This document shows positions 1-11,941 of a stretch of 64,000 bases of DNA, in pieces. Source of the DNA: Octopus sinensis (lineage: Eukaryota); contig NC_043012.1 in assembly GCF_006345805.1 (NCBI RefSeq), forward strand, positions 40,176,001-40,240,000. The letters are read 5' to 3'. The position numbers and the translations under genes are program-made. Under the pieces are notes generated by a model. It saw nothing but the letters and a program-made list of their open reading frames with translations, searched no databases and had not been told where the DNA came from. Position 1 is the first letter of the stretch. Each line of letters begins with the position of its first letter.

Positions 1-109
1 CTCAGTGTAACTTGTTATTGACTTCTACTATGTATGCAGGGTCAAATTAAAGTCCATTGAGGCCCTAAACCCTTAAAAGATTTTGGTGCCCCAGCCACTA
101 CACACATTT

Positions 110-259
110 TTTTCTCTCTTTGTTTCTTTCTGTGTTCCTTTCTGTGGAAGAGCATAGGTTTGAAATGTAAAAGACTTTTTCAATTCCTGATCGTTAAACT
201 AATACATCTTTCTTTTCTACACCACCTGTCTTTGTCTTGTGTTTTTTTCGTGAATTCTC

Positions 260-263
<4 letters not shown>
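110..263 (+). repeat. Interspersed repeat (possible Penelope pLTR-like), copy 1 of an inverted pair
   Basis: TTTCTCTCT..GTTCCTTTC..GAAATGTAAAAGACTTT..ACACCACCTGTCTTTGTCTT..AATTCTCC aligns with the reverse complement of 1131-1267; ends in (TA)n. Confidence 0.6.
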
Positions 264-293
<30 letters not shown>

Positions 294-769
294 ATTCAAA
301 GTATAAACAATAATAAACCATAAACATAGATTATCTTTTCAAAATGAAACAAACTAACAATAAGATGGAAAATAATGTTTATTTTTGTAGAATTCCAGTA
401 TATTTCTATTTGAAAAATTTTCTCCTCTTTTTAATTGCAAATTCTTTGATAAGATCCTCACTATGATTGCATGAAGATTTCGAGATTTTTATAATTCCAA
501 AGATATAATCCACTTTGAATATTATTTTAGCAAGTTTAAAGTAATTTCTTTTGTGTCATAAACCATTTACCATTTCTGTGGTACCACACTTCCTTTGATA
601 CCCTAAACACATTCTTATTTTGCTGAATAGTTTAATCTAGTGCTGTATGTATGAAATGACATGGTTAAATGAATTGGATGAAGCAAACGAAAACCATTCG
701 GGGCTGGACAACCTTCTTCTTACAAAGGAAACTAACTTTAAAGAAATCCACACAAGTGTGTGTGTGTGT

Positions 770-1025
770 GCGTGATTGTCTAGCAGTTAGGGTATTGCAC
801 ACAGAATCCCAAGATTGTGGTTTCAATTCCTAGGCCAGCAGTGCATTGCATTCTTGAGCAAAAACACTTCATTTCACATAGCCGCAGTCCACTCAGCTGT
901 AAATGGATAACCCTGTGATGAACTGGTCATCCCTTCAGAAGGAATGTTGGCATCATTTGAAAGCTATAACAATGCAAGGAAGCGCATTGTGACAAACAGT
1001 GTATAACATTTGATAACTTGGTCGA
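770..1025 (+). mobile_element. Degraded tRNA-derived SINE (family C, V-domain-like core)
   Basis: tRNA-like head with B-box-like GGTTTCAATTCC, then CACTCAGCTGTAAATGG..CCCTGTGATGAACTGG; the head and CACTCAGCTG motif are shared with 20760-21068. Confidence 0.5.
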
Positions 1026-1091
1026 TACAGAGATATATATATATATGTGTATGTGTGTATATGTGTGTGTATATATGTATATGTGTATGTA

Positions 1092-1130
<39 letters not shown>

Positions 1131-1135
<5 letters not shown>

Positions 1136-1267
1136 GAAATTTACAGAAAAACAAAAGACAAAGACAGGTGTATTTGTTTAATGGTTGGGAAAGTGAGAAA
1201 GTCTTTTATGTTTGAAGCCTTTTCAACTGAAAGGAACACGAGGAAAGAAACAGAGAGAGAGAAAAAG
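1131..1267 (-). repeat. Interspersed repeat, inverted copy 2 of 110-263
   Basis: Reverse complement reads CTCTCTGTTTCTTTCCTCGTGTTCCTTTC..AAACATAAAAGACTTTCTC..ACACCTGTCTTTGTCTTTTG. Confidence 0.6.
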
Positions 1268-1995
1268 AATTACGGATTTAGCAGTCAGTCATATATATAT
1301 ATACACACACACACATACACACACACACACCTGTGTGTTTTATATAATATACAGTAGAATCTAGACACTTGAGTTGGAAATAATTCACTTCAATGACTGA
1401 TTTTAGGCATAAAATCACAAAAGTGATCTCTGAGCACTTAACAAGTTAAAACGTGTGTGTGTGTTTGTGTGTCTGTCTGTCTGTCTGTGTGTGTATTTAC
1501 AAACAAAAGTTGGACATTTATCTAACTAAAAAAAAAGTGGCAATAGACAAAAACTTCAAAGTCACTTTCAAACTTCTTTTTTGTAAAAATGCATCTTACA
1601 CACTACTTATACATATTGAGTGCTTTCTCAATTAATGTCTTACAACACACACACACACACATATGAGGGGTGTCTCTCTCTGTCTTGCGTCAAATTAGGA
1701 TTTTGCTCTTACTGTTGTTGTTGCCGTTGTACCATCTCACACGTGGGTTTTTACTGTTGTTTATCATGTTGTTGTTGGTGTTGTTGACTTCATCATAGAA
1801 TTGACTGTTATCATTTTCATTTATGCCATTGTTAATGTTGTTGTTGTGGTTCCAATTACATTAAGACAAGAGGTAAAAATACAAAAGAACTTCTGCAACC
1901 TGAAGCCATTGTACTAAAGCTGTTTGACAAACATGTGTGTCAGACATTTATTGTTTAGCAGAATTGGTGTTTGGCATAATTTCTTATTTAATCAG

Positions 1996-2037
1996 GTCCA
2001 GTGAAGACCAATAACATAAACAGTACAACAGCAGAAT
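1996..2037 (+). CDS. Candidate 42-nt phase 1-1 exon (xPVKTNNINSTTAE)
   Basis: TTTCTTATTTAATCAG acceptor and GTATGT donor; only one frame is open; the donor could simply be the start of a (TATG)n microsatellite. Confidence 0.2.
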
Positions 2038-2045
2038 GTATGTAT

Positions 2046-2128
<83 letters not shown>

Positions 2129-2140
2129 TAGATATATATA

Positions 2141-2197
2141 TCATCATCATCATCATCGTTTAGCGTCCACTTTCCATGCTAGCATGGGTTGGATGGT
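2141..2197 (-). mobile_element. RTE LINE extreme 3' end with (GAT)n tail
   Basis: (CAT)n-CGTTTAGCGTCCACTTTCCATGCTAGCATGGGTTGG matches the terminus of the RTE copy at 48543. Confidence 0.75.
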
Positions 2198-2270
2198 AAA
2201 AATAAGACAACAATATATATATATATATATATATAGATATAGATTTAGAGATATATAGATATACATATAT

Positions 2271-2344
<74 letters not shown>

Positions 2345-2540
2345 GACACATACGTTCATGTGTGTGGCAATACTTGATGTCTCACCACAATAGTTTTCCT
2401 ATAACAAGAAAATAGTAATGTTTCTCAAATGACTCACTGAAGTCATCATCATCATCACCAACACCATCATTACAAGTAGAAGCAGCAATACAACACAGTT
2501 TAATTCCCCATTATTATTATTATTATTATTATTACCATCA

Positions 2541-2775
2541 GCGAACGCATAGATTCATTAGCACACTTGGCAAAATGCTTAGTGGCATTTCATCCATCTT
2601 TACGTTCTGAGTTCAAATTTCACCAAGGTCGACTTTGCCTTTCATCCTTTCAGGGTCAATAAATTAAGTACCAGTGAAACACTGGGGTCTATGTAATTTA
2701 CTACCCCACACCCCTCAAATTTCAGGCTTTGAGCCTTTTAGTAGAAAGGAATATTATTGTTATTATATTATTATT
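2541..2775 (+). mobile_element. tRNA-derived SINE family A with (ATT)n tail
   Basis: GAGTTCAAAT B-box; core GCCTTTCATCCTTTCAGGGTCAATAAATTAAGTACCAG; ends GTAGAAAGGA(ATT)n; more than 10 related copies in window. Confidence 0.85.
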
Positions 2776-3345
2776 GAGTGAGAGAGCAGTGCATGCCATC
2801 AAAGTGACACTGGGGTATGTATATACGAAGCCCATCATGAATACCCGTCTGATAAGGGTACATTAGTCACATGCATCACAACCATATGTGCACGACATGG
2901 TGATCTCATATCAAGATAAACAGCACATGACCTCACAGGTGGGGCCCAGTTAGAATTTTCTACAGGTTGAGTAGCCCATCCTGCTCAAAAGGCCCCTGAA
3001 TAAGGATCGTTTAAGGATGTTGAACGAAACACCCATGTTTCCAAAAGTGACTTATTCAAACCCCAAATAATCTCTCTCAACACATGGCTATGATGCTCCC
3101 CCACTACTTCTGCTTGTGATCAGAGATGCACATATTGTCAGCCACTAAGGGACATGCTCAACTGGTTAAGGTCAAACAACTGACAAGCAAATTTGTGGTA
3201 TTGAGCAGAATATTTTCGTAGCCCATCTTTTATACCAAGATAAAACAATGTACAATGAAAACATTTCCAATCAGTTAAGATCAGAAGCTATGAGAGCCAC
3301 TGCCTGGTACTGCATCAGGGCATTTATTATTATTATTATTATTAT
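2776..3345 (+). repeat. Unclassified probable retroposon 3' segment ending in (ATT)n
   Basis: About 550 bp of complex non-ORF sequence inside a SINE tail, ending CATCAGGGCATT(TAT)n; single copy here so the family is not verifiable. Confidence 0.35.
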
Positions 3346-3427
3346 TATTATCATTATTATTAAGGTGGTGAGCTGGCAGAATCATTACAGTGTTGGGCAA
3401 AGAGAAGCCTGTCATATATACATATAT

Positions 3428-3571
3428 ATCATCATCATCATTATCATCATCGTTTAACGTCCGTTTTCCATGCTGACATGGGTTAGACAGTTCGACCAGG
3501 GTCTGGGAAGCCAGGAGGCTGCACCAGGCTCCAGTCAGATCTGGCAGTGTTTCTGCAGCTGGATGCCCTTC
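3428..3571 (-). mobile_element. RTE LINE 3' end fragment
   Basis: (CAT)n-CGTTTAACGTCC..GCACCAGGCTCCAGTC.GATCTGGCAG..CAGCTGGATGCCCTTC as in 48543-48680. Confidence 0.8.
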
Positions 3572-3594
3572 ATATATGTATATACATATATATG

Positions 3595-3825
3595 TGTGTG
3601 TCTTCGTCTGTGTTTGTCCATCCCCACCCCACAATCACTTAACAACTGATGTTGGTGTGTTTACATCCCCGTAATTCAGCAATTCAGTAGAAAAGACCGA
3701 TAGAATAAGTACTAGGCTCACAAAGAATAAGTCCTGGGGACGATTTCTTTGGCTAAAACCTTTTAAGGCAATACTCCAGCATGGCCACAGTGAAATATCT
3801 GAAATGTGTAAGAGAATAAAAGAAT
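3595..3825 (+). mobile_element. SINE family B, 3' half
   Basis: GTTGGTGTGTTTACATCCCCGTAA..GACCGATAGAATAAGTACTAGGC..AAGAATAAGTCCTGGGG..CTCCAGCATGGCC matches full copies such as 29982-30370. Confidence 0.8.
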
Positions 3826-4463
3826 ATATATTTTCAAACCTTGTGGACCCATCCATAGAAATACAAATCAGATCTGCTCTCCCTCCATAACCGTTTCCTG
3901 TGGGTTTAATATCAAAGAAGGTCCTGTGTTGCTGCTCAGACTGTTAAAAATAGCAGCCAAATATCCTTCAGTTCACATACCATGGCCTTAAAAATCATAG
4001 TGATACATGAGATGATGCAGTCCTGCAAAACGCTAAAGTACACAGCATGGTCAAAGTTGGAATTCGTTTCATCCTACCTCAACTCATCAGGGCTGCCCAT
4101 GGGGGGGGGGGGGGAACAACCTCAAAACACTATTTGAACCTCCTCATTATCAACCTATTTTGGTTGGGTCTTTTCTCGTCTTTAAACTACAATATACAAT
4201 AGTGATGATGATGATGATGATGCTATCAGGTTTTTAACAAACACCATAAAGTGCGTTATCACCTTCGTGAATGTGTGTATCTGTGAGATTGATAAAGAGA
4301 TAGGCTCATGGACAGACAGATATGTCGGTGCGCATGAATATATATATATATGTGTGTATATATATATATGTGTATATATATATATGTATATGTATATATA
4401 TATATATGTATATATATATGTATATGTATATATGAATATATATATATGTATATATACATATGA

Positions 4464-4494
<31 letters not shown>

Positions 4495-4548
4495 AATTCA
4501 TAAATATATGAATGTAAGTTGAAGAAATACACATCTAGCTGTTTTATA

Positions 4549-4595
<47 letters not shown>

Positions 4596-5368
4596 GTATA
4601 TATTTATGCACACACACACACACACATATACGTATTGAACTCCTTAATATTTCCATCACACTTCACACCAAGTGCCCATATCAGAAATCAATATTTATGT
4701 ACGTAACCAACAACATTCCCCCTTCTCTCAAACTATGTGTGTTTGTGTGTGTGTGTGTATATACAAGTGTGTATATAAATAGATATATACACTTATATAT
4801 ATATATATAGTGATGTATCTATAAGTGTGTATATATATATATGTGTGTGTGTGTGCGTGTATTTATATAATATATATATATGTCTGCATATAGTGAGTGT
4901 ACATAAGTAAAAAAAAAAGTAAACAAAAGTAAAAAGTAAAGGAAGAAGCAAAGCGTTTGCTTCACCAAGATTGAATCATCTTTTAATCCCTTCTAAATTT
5001 CTGTTCGTTCTACTGATGATCACATATATTTACATACGAAACATCAAACACATGTCTCTCACTCTCTCACTCTCTCTCTCTCACCACCCCCAGCTCAAGA
5101 ATACAACTTAATATTTATAGACGAATAGTTTTTTTTAGAGGATCCTCAAACCAAATTATTATCTGAATATTTGTGTATATATATGTGTGTGAGTGTATAA
5201 ATGAGTGTGTGTGTGTCTTTGTATGTGAATGCGTGCATATATGTAAATATATATGAATATAGAGATTGAGACTTGAGGTACCAAATATGTCTTTGAGTGT
5301 ATGTTCAGACATATATACACACATATATAAATTTATTTTTCATATATATATATATAAATAGACATGTA

Positions 5369-5399
<31 letters not shown>

Positions 5400-5669
5400 C
5401 AAAAGGGAGAGAAGGTAAGAGAGGAAGAAAGCAGGAAAGGACAGAGTGTGGAGCTTTCTTATCCTTGTACAAATATAATGAAATAATTATAGTTTGTAAT
5501 TAAATTGTTAAGATATAATTACTGAAATTTTTATTTACTAGAAATTATTCCTAACCATTATAATTAATCGTCTTGATTAAGCCAAGATTTTCTGTGATTC
5601 AACACTCCATAACTGTGACATCACTCAGCCATAATACATCCCTATAACAAGGCAGAGGCGGGGTATCAT

Positions 5670-6260
5670 CTGCATGTCCTTGTGATATGCTAGAAATAAC
5701 TGTTAAATCTCCTTCACAAGGCGTTCTTACATTCCAGAAAGGGAATTACAGATTAGATAATGGAGTTGGAAATGCACAAAGACTGGATGGTCATGGCTGA
5801 AACATTTTGATCATATGTCTACTTAGTCAGGGTTGACCTTGGGCTAAACAACAGGAACAGCTTCATACTTATTCCACAAAACATCACCCAACTACAGCAA
5901 CACACACACATGCACACACACACGCACACACTCAACAAGGAAACACATATGTAGTACTCAACCTACTAGAAATAGCAGCTAATCTTTTTCACATTACACT
6001 CAGTTATTCTAAATAAAGGCAGGACACATTGGATAATAATAACTCACATACTTCTAAAAAGATGGGATGGCCACGACTGGAATACTTTTCATTATAGGTT
6101 TGCTTGGTCAGGGTTGACCTCTTCTCATAGGTCAGTCTATTCAACCAGATACAGACCTAATGTCAAAGATAGTCCCAACCTTTAGTCCTTTAAACTGACC
6201 AGATCCAACCTAAATGTCTCAATATTCTGCGTGTTTTATGTTAGAAATAGCCAGATCTGG
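5670..6260. repeat. Cluster of three diverged copies of repeat family D (CTAGAAATAGCAGCCAAAT motif)
   Basis: Recurring TAGAAATAGCAG / GGACACATTGGAT / GGATGGTCATGGCTGGAA blocks; related pieces near 3900-4090, 6835-6930, 13790-13975, 16780-16915, 57810-57890. Confidence 0.55.
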
Positions 6261-6380
6261 CTTCTCACACCTACCCCACAATGTTATTCCAAAAATTAAA
6301 CTCTATTATTGAAACCACAAGGCTATACAATGATGCATGACTAATTGAAAACAATGTGAATAGACCAAGACTTTTGGTAT

Positions 6381-6650
6381 TATGTCGTGCTTGAGAAGAA
6401 GACCCATCAAGCTGAGCCAGATCGCAGCCGTGGCAGATAATGGTGTCATGCAAATGGCATCTGTGCCAGCGGCAGGTAAAAGCACCCATTACACTCTCAG
6501 AGTGGTTGGCATTAGGAAGGGTCATCCAGCCCTAGAAAACCATGCCAAATCAGACTGGAGCCAGGCACAGCCTTCCAGCGTGCCAGCCCAGTTAAACCGT
6601 CCAACCCATGCCAGCATGGACAACAGACGTTAAATGATGATGATGATGGT
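6381..6650 (+). mobile_element. 5'-truncated RTE LINE: last ORF codons plus 3' UTR
   Basis: Begins GTGCTTGAGAAGAAGACCC (VLEKKT, RTE ORF end) and ends CCAACCCATGCCAGCATGG..ACGTTAAA(TGA)n. Confidence 0.8.
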
Positions 6651-7505
6651 GGTGGTGGTACGCTTGACAGTAATCTGAATGCAAAAGGATTAACAAGAAG
6701 CTGGCCAGGTGAGACATGACTTGTCATCAGGTGGGCTGCCCTTCTAAAAGAAAATTCAAGGTAATTTTACATTAGGCTCACCGTTCGGAAAGTCCCAGAA
6801 ACCACCATTTGCCCATAACCAATTTATATGATTTCTTAACATGCTAGAAATAGCAGACAAATGCCACATGAATCAATCACACAGTCTCCTCTTGCAAAAC
6901 GAGAAGGACACATTAGATAAGGTAGCTCAAACACAGAATCCACGGAAGATGATGATGATGGTGGTGGTGGTGGTGGTGGTGGCGGCGGCAATAAAAGTGA
7001 TGTCAGTGTTTTTGAATCGGGTTGTATGTATCAATACACGACACAGCCATGGCTGTCTGGTTAAGAAGTTCATTTTGTAACCATGGGTTCCAGGTTTGAT
7101 TCCACAGTGCAGCACAACAAGGAAACGTCTAATGTAGTCACCTAGGGTTGATTGATGTGTGAAGAGGAAGGATTTTTATAATATACATAACTGTAGTTCT
7201 TGTTATGCTATAATCTGTAAAAGACAAAAAAAATGGAATAGTTAGAGTTGGAAAAGCTTTGATTCTGGTAATAAATCAAATCTGACTTGGAAACGAGGAG
7301 GTGGAATAACAATAAAACCATCAGGAATCCATTCCTCAACAGTTTTAATTACAAAACATTTCTTCACAAAAATATTAAATTCATTAAACTAAAATTTGCT
7401 GACAAAAACCAAAACCACTTCAATCTTGAGACCATAGTCTTTCATTCAGATGCTTCTTATCAAAATATTCTTTCCATAGTAGTAGTAGTAGAAGTAGTGG
7501 TGGTG

Positions 7506-7536
<31 letters not shown>

Positions 7537-7770
7537 GGTGGTGAGCTGGCAGAATCATTAGCAGAGTGGGCAAAATGCTTAGTGGCACTTCGTCTGTCCT
7601 TACGTTCTGAGTTCAAATTCCACAGAGGTCAACTTTGCTTTTCATCCTTTCAGGGTCGATAAATTAAGTACCAGTGAAACACTAGGGTCAATGTAATCAA
7701 CTAGTCCTCTCCCCAAAAAGCCTTGTATCTTTAGTAGAAAGGATTATTATTATTATTATTATTATTATTA
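7537..7770 (+). mobile_element. SINE family A
   Basis: GGTGAGCTGGCAGAATCATTAGC head, GAGTTCAAATTCC B-box, conserved core, (ATT)n tail. Confidence 0.85.
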
Positions 7771-7774
7771 TTGT

Positions 7775-8462
7775 TATTTTTATTGTTGTTGTATTAAAAC
7801 TCACAGCTTCTTTTGCTGGCTATGATGGAAAGTGTCAGCTGTCCACAGCTAGGGGACTAAGGTGACACTTGTTTACTGGTCATGCTTCAAGAACCCTGCA
7901 AAGAATTCTTGCAGTTCCAAGCAATGCTGATTTTTGTAGGTGTTCTACCTTCACACTTGCACCGATCTTTTTCAGCCATGCTGGTAGCTGAGTTCTGATA
8001 CTTCCAAGAGGCACCAATTACTATTGCTATCACGTCTCCTCCCTTCATTGACCACCACCTTCGTGTTTCCCACTTCAAATCGTCAGAGTCATTTATTTTT
8101 TCTTCTTCTTTCTCATTGATCCTGTTGTCACCGGGGCATGCTATGTCAATTCTCATACATGTTCTTTCCTTTTTACTCACCACAACAATGTCCAGATTCC
8201 AATGTCTGGTCGGGTAATCGCACTGGATCATTGCATCCCACAGGATTTTGCAATTCTCATTTTCGGTGACTCCTTCTGGGGTTTGCTGATACCACATCCT
8301 TGTAGACTGTGATTTCCACAGAATTCCAACATTGGATCATTCTTGCCACAATGTCACAGCATCTTCTTTATTTGCATTGTGCCAATTCCGGGCATTCACA
8401 AACGATGTGCCATACCCTCTCACCACACATTCTGCATATGTTGCTATCGGTAGTGTTATCAT
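7775..8462 (-). mobile_element. R4/Dong-clade non-LTR retrotransposon 3' fragment (zinc knuckle + restriction-like endonuclease), degraded
   Basis: Translates CRMCGERVWHIVCEC..ENENCKILWDAMIQCD..DIVVVSKKERTCMRIDIACPGD..EKEEEKI; 3' end runs into (AAT)n. Confidence 0.85.
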
Positions 8463-8478
8463 TCTGCATTTATCGTTA

Positions 8479-8918
8479 GGCAGTGAACTGGCAGAATCGT
8501 TAACATGCCAGGCAAAATGTTTAGTTGCATTTAATTTATCTTAACATTCTGAGTTCAAATTCCACCAAGGTCGTCTGTCATCCTTTCAGAACCAATAAAA
8601 TAAGTACCAGTTACGTACTGGGATCAATGTAATCGACTAGTCCCCTACCCACAAAAGATGTCAGGTCATGTACCTATACTGGAAAGGATTATTATTAAGG
8701 CAGCAAGCTGGCAGAATTGTTTGCTCTGAGTTCAAATGCTGCCAGGGTCAACTTTGCCTTTCATCCTTTTGGGTTCAATAAATGAGGTAGCAGTGAAACA
8801 CTGGGGTCGATGTAATCAACTGGTCCCCTCCCCCAAAATTTCAGGCCTTGTGCCTATAGTAGAAAGGATTATTACAATTATTATCATCATTATTATTATT
8901 ATTATTATTATCATCATT
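8479..8918 (+). mobile_element. Two tandem SINE family A copies, the second internally deleted
   Basis: Two GCTGGCAGAAT heads (about 8485 and 8705), two cores and two GAAAGGATTATT tails. Confidence 0.8.
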
Positions 8919-8929
8919 CCATAAATATC

Positions 8930-9270
8930 AATGGAAATAGTAGTTGTGATACCTGTGCCGGTGGCTCATAAAAAGCACCATCCGAACGTGGCCGATGCCA
9001 GCGCCGCCTTGACTAGCTTCCGTGCCGGTGGCACGTTAAAAGCACCAACCGATCGTGGCCGATGCCGGATTCCCCTGGCACCTGTGCCGGTGACACGTAA
9101 AAAGCACTCACTACACTCGCGGAGTGGTTGGCGTTAGGAAGGGCACCCAGCTGTAGAAACACTGCCAGATCAGACTGGAGCCTGGTGCAGCCTCCTGGCT
9201 TCCCAGACCCCGTCGAACCGTTCAACCCGTGCTAGCGCGGAAAACGGACGTTAAACGATGATGATGATCA
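8930..9270 (+). mobile_element. RTE 3' UTR fragment with three GTGCCGGTGGCAC-type monomers
   Basis: Repeated GTGCCGGTGGC..AAAAGCACC units followed by the standard RTE terminus and (GAT)n; CpG-rich. Confidence 0.85.
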
Positions 9271-9306
9271 TCATCATCATCATCATTATTATTATCATTA
9301 TTATTA

Positions 9307-9340
<34 letters not shown>

Positions 9341-10370
9341 CATTATTATCATTATTATTATTGTTATTATTCAGTTCAGAGCAAAATTTCAATTCATTTT
9401 AATATAATTCATATATTGATTCTATTTTTGTGTTGAAAATTTTGAAATAAAATAAAACAAATTCCAAATATGACAAATAAAAAAACAAAAAATAAATAAA
9501 GCAATGATAACGTAAAAGGAAAGTAAAAATTAAAAAGAGAACCCTTTGACCATAACATCCATTTAACTGTGACATCTGTTCGGTTGAGTGATTTTTCTAT
9601 AGATTTGCCATTCATTCCTTTCTACACATACATCCACTCACACGCATGCACAGGAGCTCACACCTACATACACATGTGGATATATACACACACATATCTA
9701 TATGCACCTAAAACACACGCATACACGCCCACATAAAACCATACATAATGAAATCATTCAACTATTTTTCATTGTGAAGAATTCACACAAAGGAAGATTC
9801 TAAAGATACATACATATATATACATATATATATATATATAAAACTCACATACACGATTATATATAGATGTGTTTATATTATATATATGTACATTTCATTT
9901 ACACTATATACATACATAAACATATAATATATATGTATACATATAGAAGACATATATACATAAGTACAGGTAAATATATACATTATATGGTTTTAAATGG
10001 ATGTGTTACATCATCATCATCTAACGTCTGTTGTCCATGCTGGCATGGGTTGGACCTACATATATATATATATATATATATATTAGTCACAATGAGGATA
10101 TTTAAACCTCTTATAGGGATGGTTAAGAGATAATCCTTCCTTCAAAGAATATATTATATAGATAATCGTAGGATATCAAACACTTTTATTGAGTTAGAAA
10201 ACAGAGAGATCTAAGGGATACAAATTAATGTATCAATTATAAATTAATTTGTATCTGTTTTCTAATCTGCTGAACTGTACAACCCATGCCTGCATGGAAA
10301 ACGGATACTAAATGAGGAGGAGAAGGAGGTTATTGCCTATATGTATTGTTTATATACATTATATATATTA

Positions 10371-10658
10371 GTAAAGATTGTTTGCCAACATAACATGGCA
10401 GTTCTGGTTTAGGACTAATGTTGCTGTAATTTAGCCCCAAGAGATATCGTCTCCAGCTGGCTATAGACACAATCTGTGTCCTTATATTTTTGAACAAGGG
10501 AATCTAGCACCCCAACTCAGCTAGATTCCCTTGTTCAAAAATATAAGGACACAGATCGTGTCTTATAGCCAGCTGGAGACGATGTTTCCTGGGGCATAAT
10601 GACAGCAACATTCGTCCTAAACCAGGACTGCCATGTTATGTTGGCAAACAATCTTTAC
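10371..10658. mobile_element. Fold-back MITE with about 130-bp inverted arms (centre-deleted copy)
   Basis: GTAAAGATTGTTTGCCAACATAACATGGCAG...CTGCCATGTTATGTTGGCAAACAATCTTTAC; second copy at 33275-33623. Confidence 0.85.
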
Positions 10659-11009
10659 TCCAAAGTACTGTTGCTGAATATCTCACGTTGTGAGATTTAA
10701 AAATAGTAATTTTCTAAATTATATCTATCATTCGAAAAGTACAGCTTTATATGTCCATCATGGTTGATCTCACCATGATGGACATATACCCCCTCTATTG
10801 ACAGATATACAACTGCATCTTTTCCCTGCCTTTCTTTTAGATATCTGTACATGTGTGTTTGTGTGTGTGATGATTCATTGTAATAAGAACTGCTGCAGAA
10901 ATCAACTTCTGTTTAAAAAAAAACCATTTAACAAATTACAATTCCTGCTTCACAGTGCAACATCTGAATTCAGATACAAACCAAAAGTCATATCAAAGTT
11001 CCTTACAGC

Positions 11010-11285
11010 TAGGGATCCCAACCACCAAGCCATGGATCATTTGGTTTGGAGCCACACAGAAAGAATATACTTCCAAATTTTATTTCTATTCCATTGACAA
11101 TCGCAATCTGCAGAGCATTTTTGCATTATGCATGAATCATTTACATAATATATGTATTATATGTGAAATAATTAAATTATGTATTATGCACTTTATTATG
11201 TCTCGTTATGCATGTGATCCCTGGCCTGTTGGAAAATTGTCTGACATGAAACTGATCCATGGTCCAAAAAGGTTGCAACCTGCCA
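11010..11285 (+). mobile_element. hAT/Charlie-type non-autonomous element
   Basis: AGGGATCCCAACCACC start; GGAAAATTGTCTGACATGAAACTGATCCATGGTCCAAAAAGGTTG end; resembles recalled MER1/Charlie3-type termini. Confidence 0.6.
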
Positions 11286-11334
11286 CCTTACAGAATCACA
11301 TCTCTATAAAATATGGCCCAACATGCAAGTTGGT

Positions 11335-11585
11335 AAGGAGATACATAACATCGCTGGTCAGCCACATCTGACAACTGAGAGATGATGGGATCCCATACTC
11401 GATCTCATGGAAAATCCTTGAGAACCCAGGCCCCTACATCAACGGGACAAAGTGTTGCAAGTTATACAAAGCTGAACACACAAGAATCCTAAAAGACTCG
11501 CTTGAATTTGGGAGCATCCTTAACTCCAGAATGGCAATTTTGGGGCCATGTTTACATTTTAGGAGGTTCTCGCTTGGGATTTTGG
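11335..11585 (+). mobile_element. Penelope-like (Neptune-type) GIY-YIG endonuclease C-terminal remnant
   Basis: TSLVSHI*QLRDDGIPYSISWKILE / RPYINGTKCCKLYKAEHTRIL..ILNSRMAILGPCLH resembles the PLE pattern TELSKYIW.LK...Y.I.W.I...Y.N..K.C.LC..E...LLNKR.E....C.H. Confidence 0.7.
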
Positions 11586-11941
11586 AGCCCGCAAGTTGTG
11601 TCAGCAAACCTCGGACATCCAGTGTGATCCAACTGAACATCCATAATAGTCACATCTTTTCCTCTTTTACTTTCTTCCTTTTATATTTTTCCTCTTTCTG
11701 TCCCAACTGCTGTTTAATTATTTTCTTCTTTAACTTTAAATACTTTTTTCTGTTCTTTTGCATGTTTTCATTTTGTTTTTTTTTATATTATGATTGATAG
11801 ACAAACATATACAAAGAAAGGATTACTGAACATGTATTGAGGTGGGAAGAAGACATAGGAATACTAAACACTATTGCGTCATATCTGACATGAAAGAGTA
11901 TCACATACACGTGTGTGTGACTATATATATATATATATATT

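Noticed and set aside
1010-5503. Many IY/VC/HT-rich ORFs here and throughout the window
   Set aside because: Translations of (TA)n, (TG)n and (CA)n repeats.
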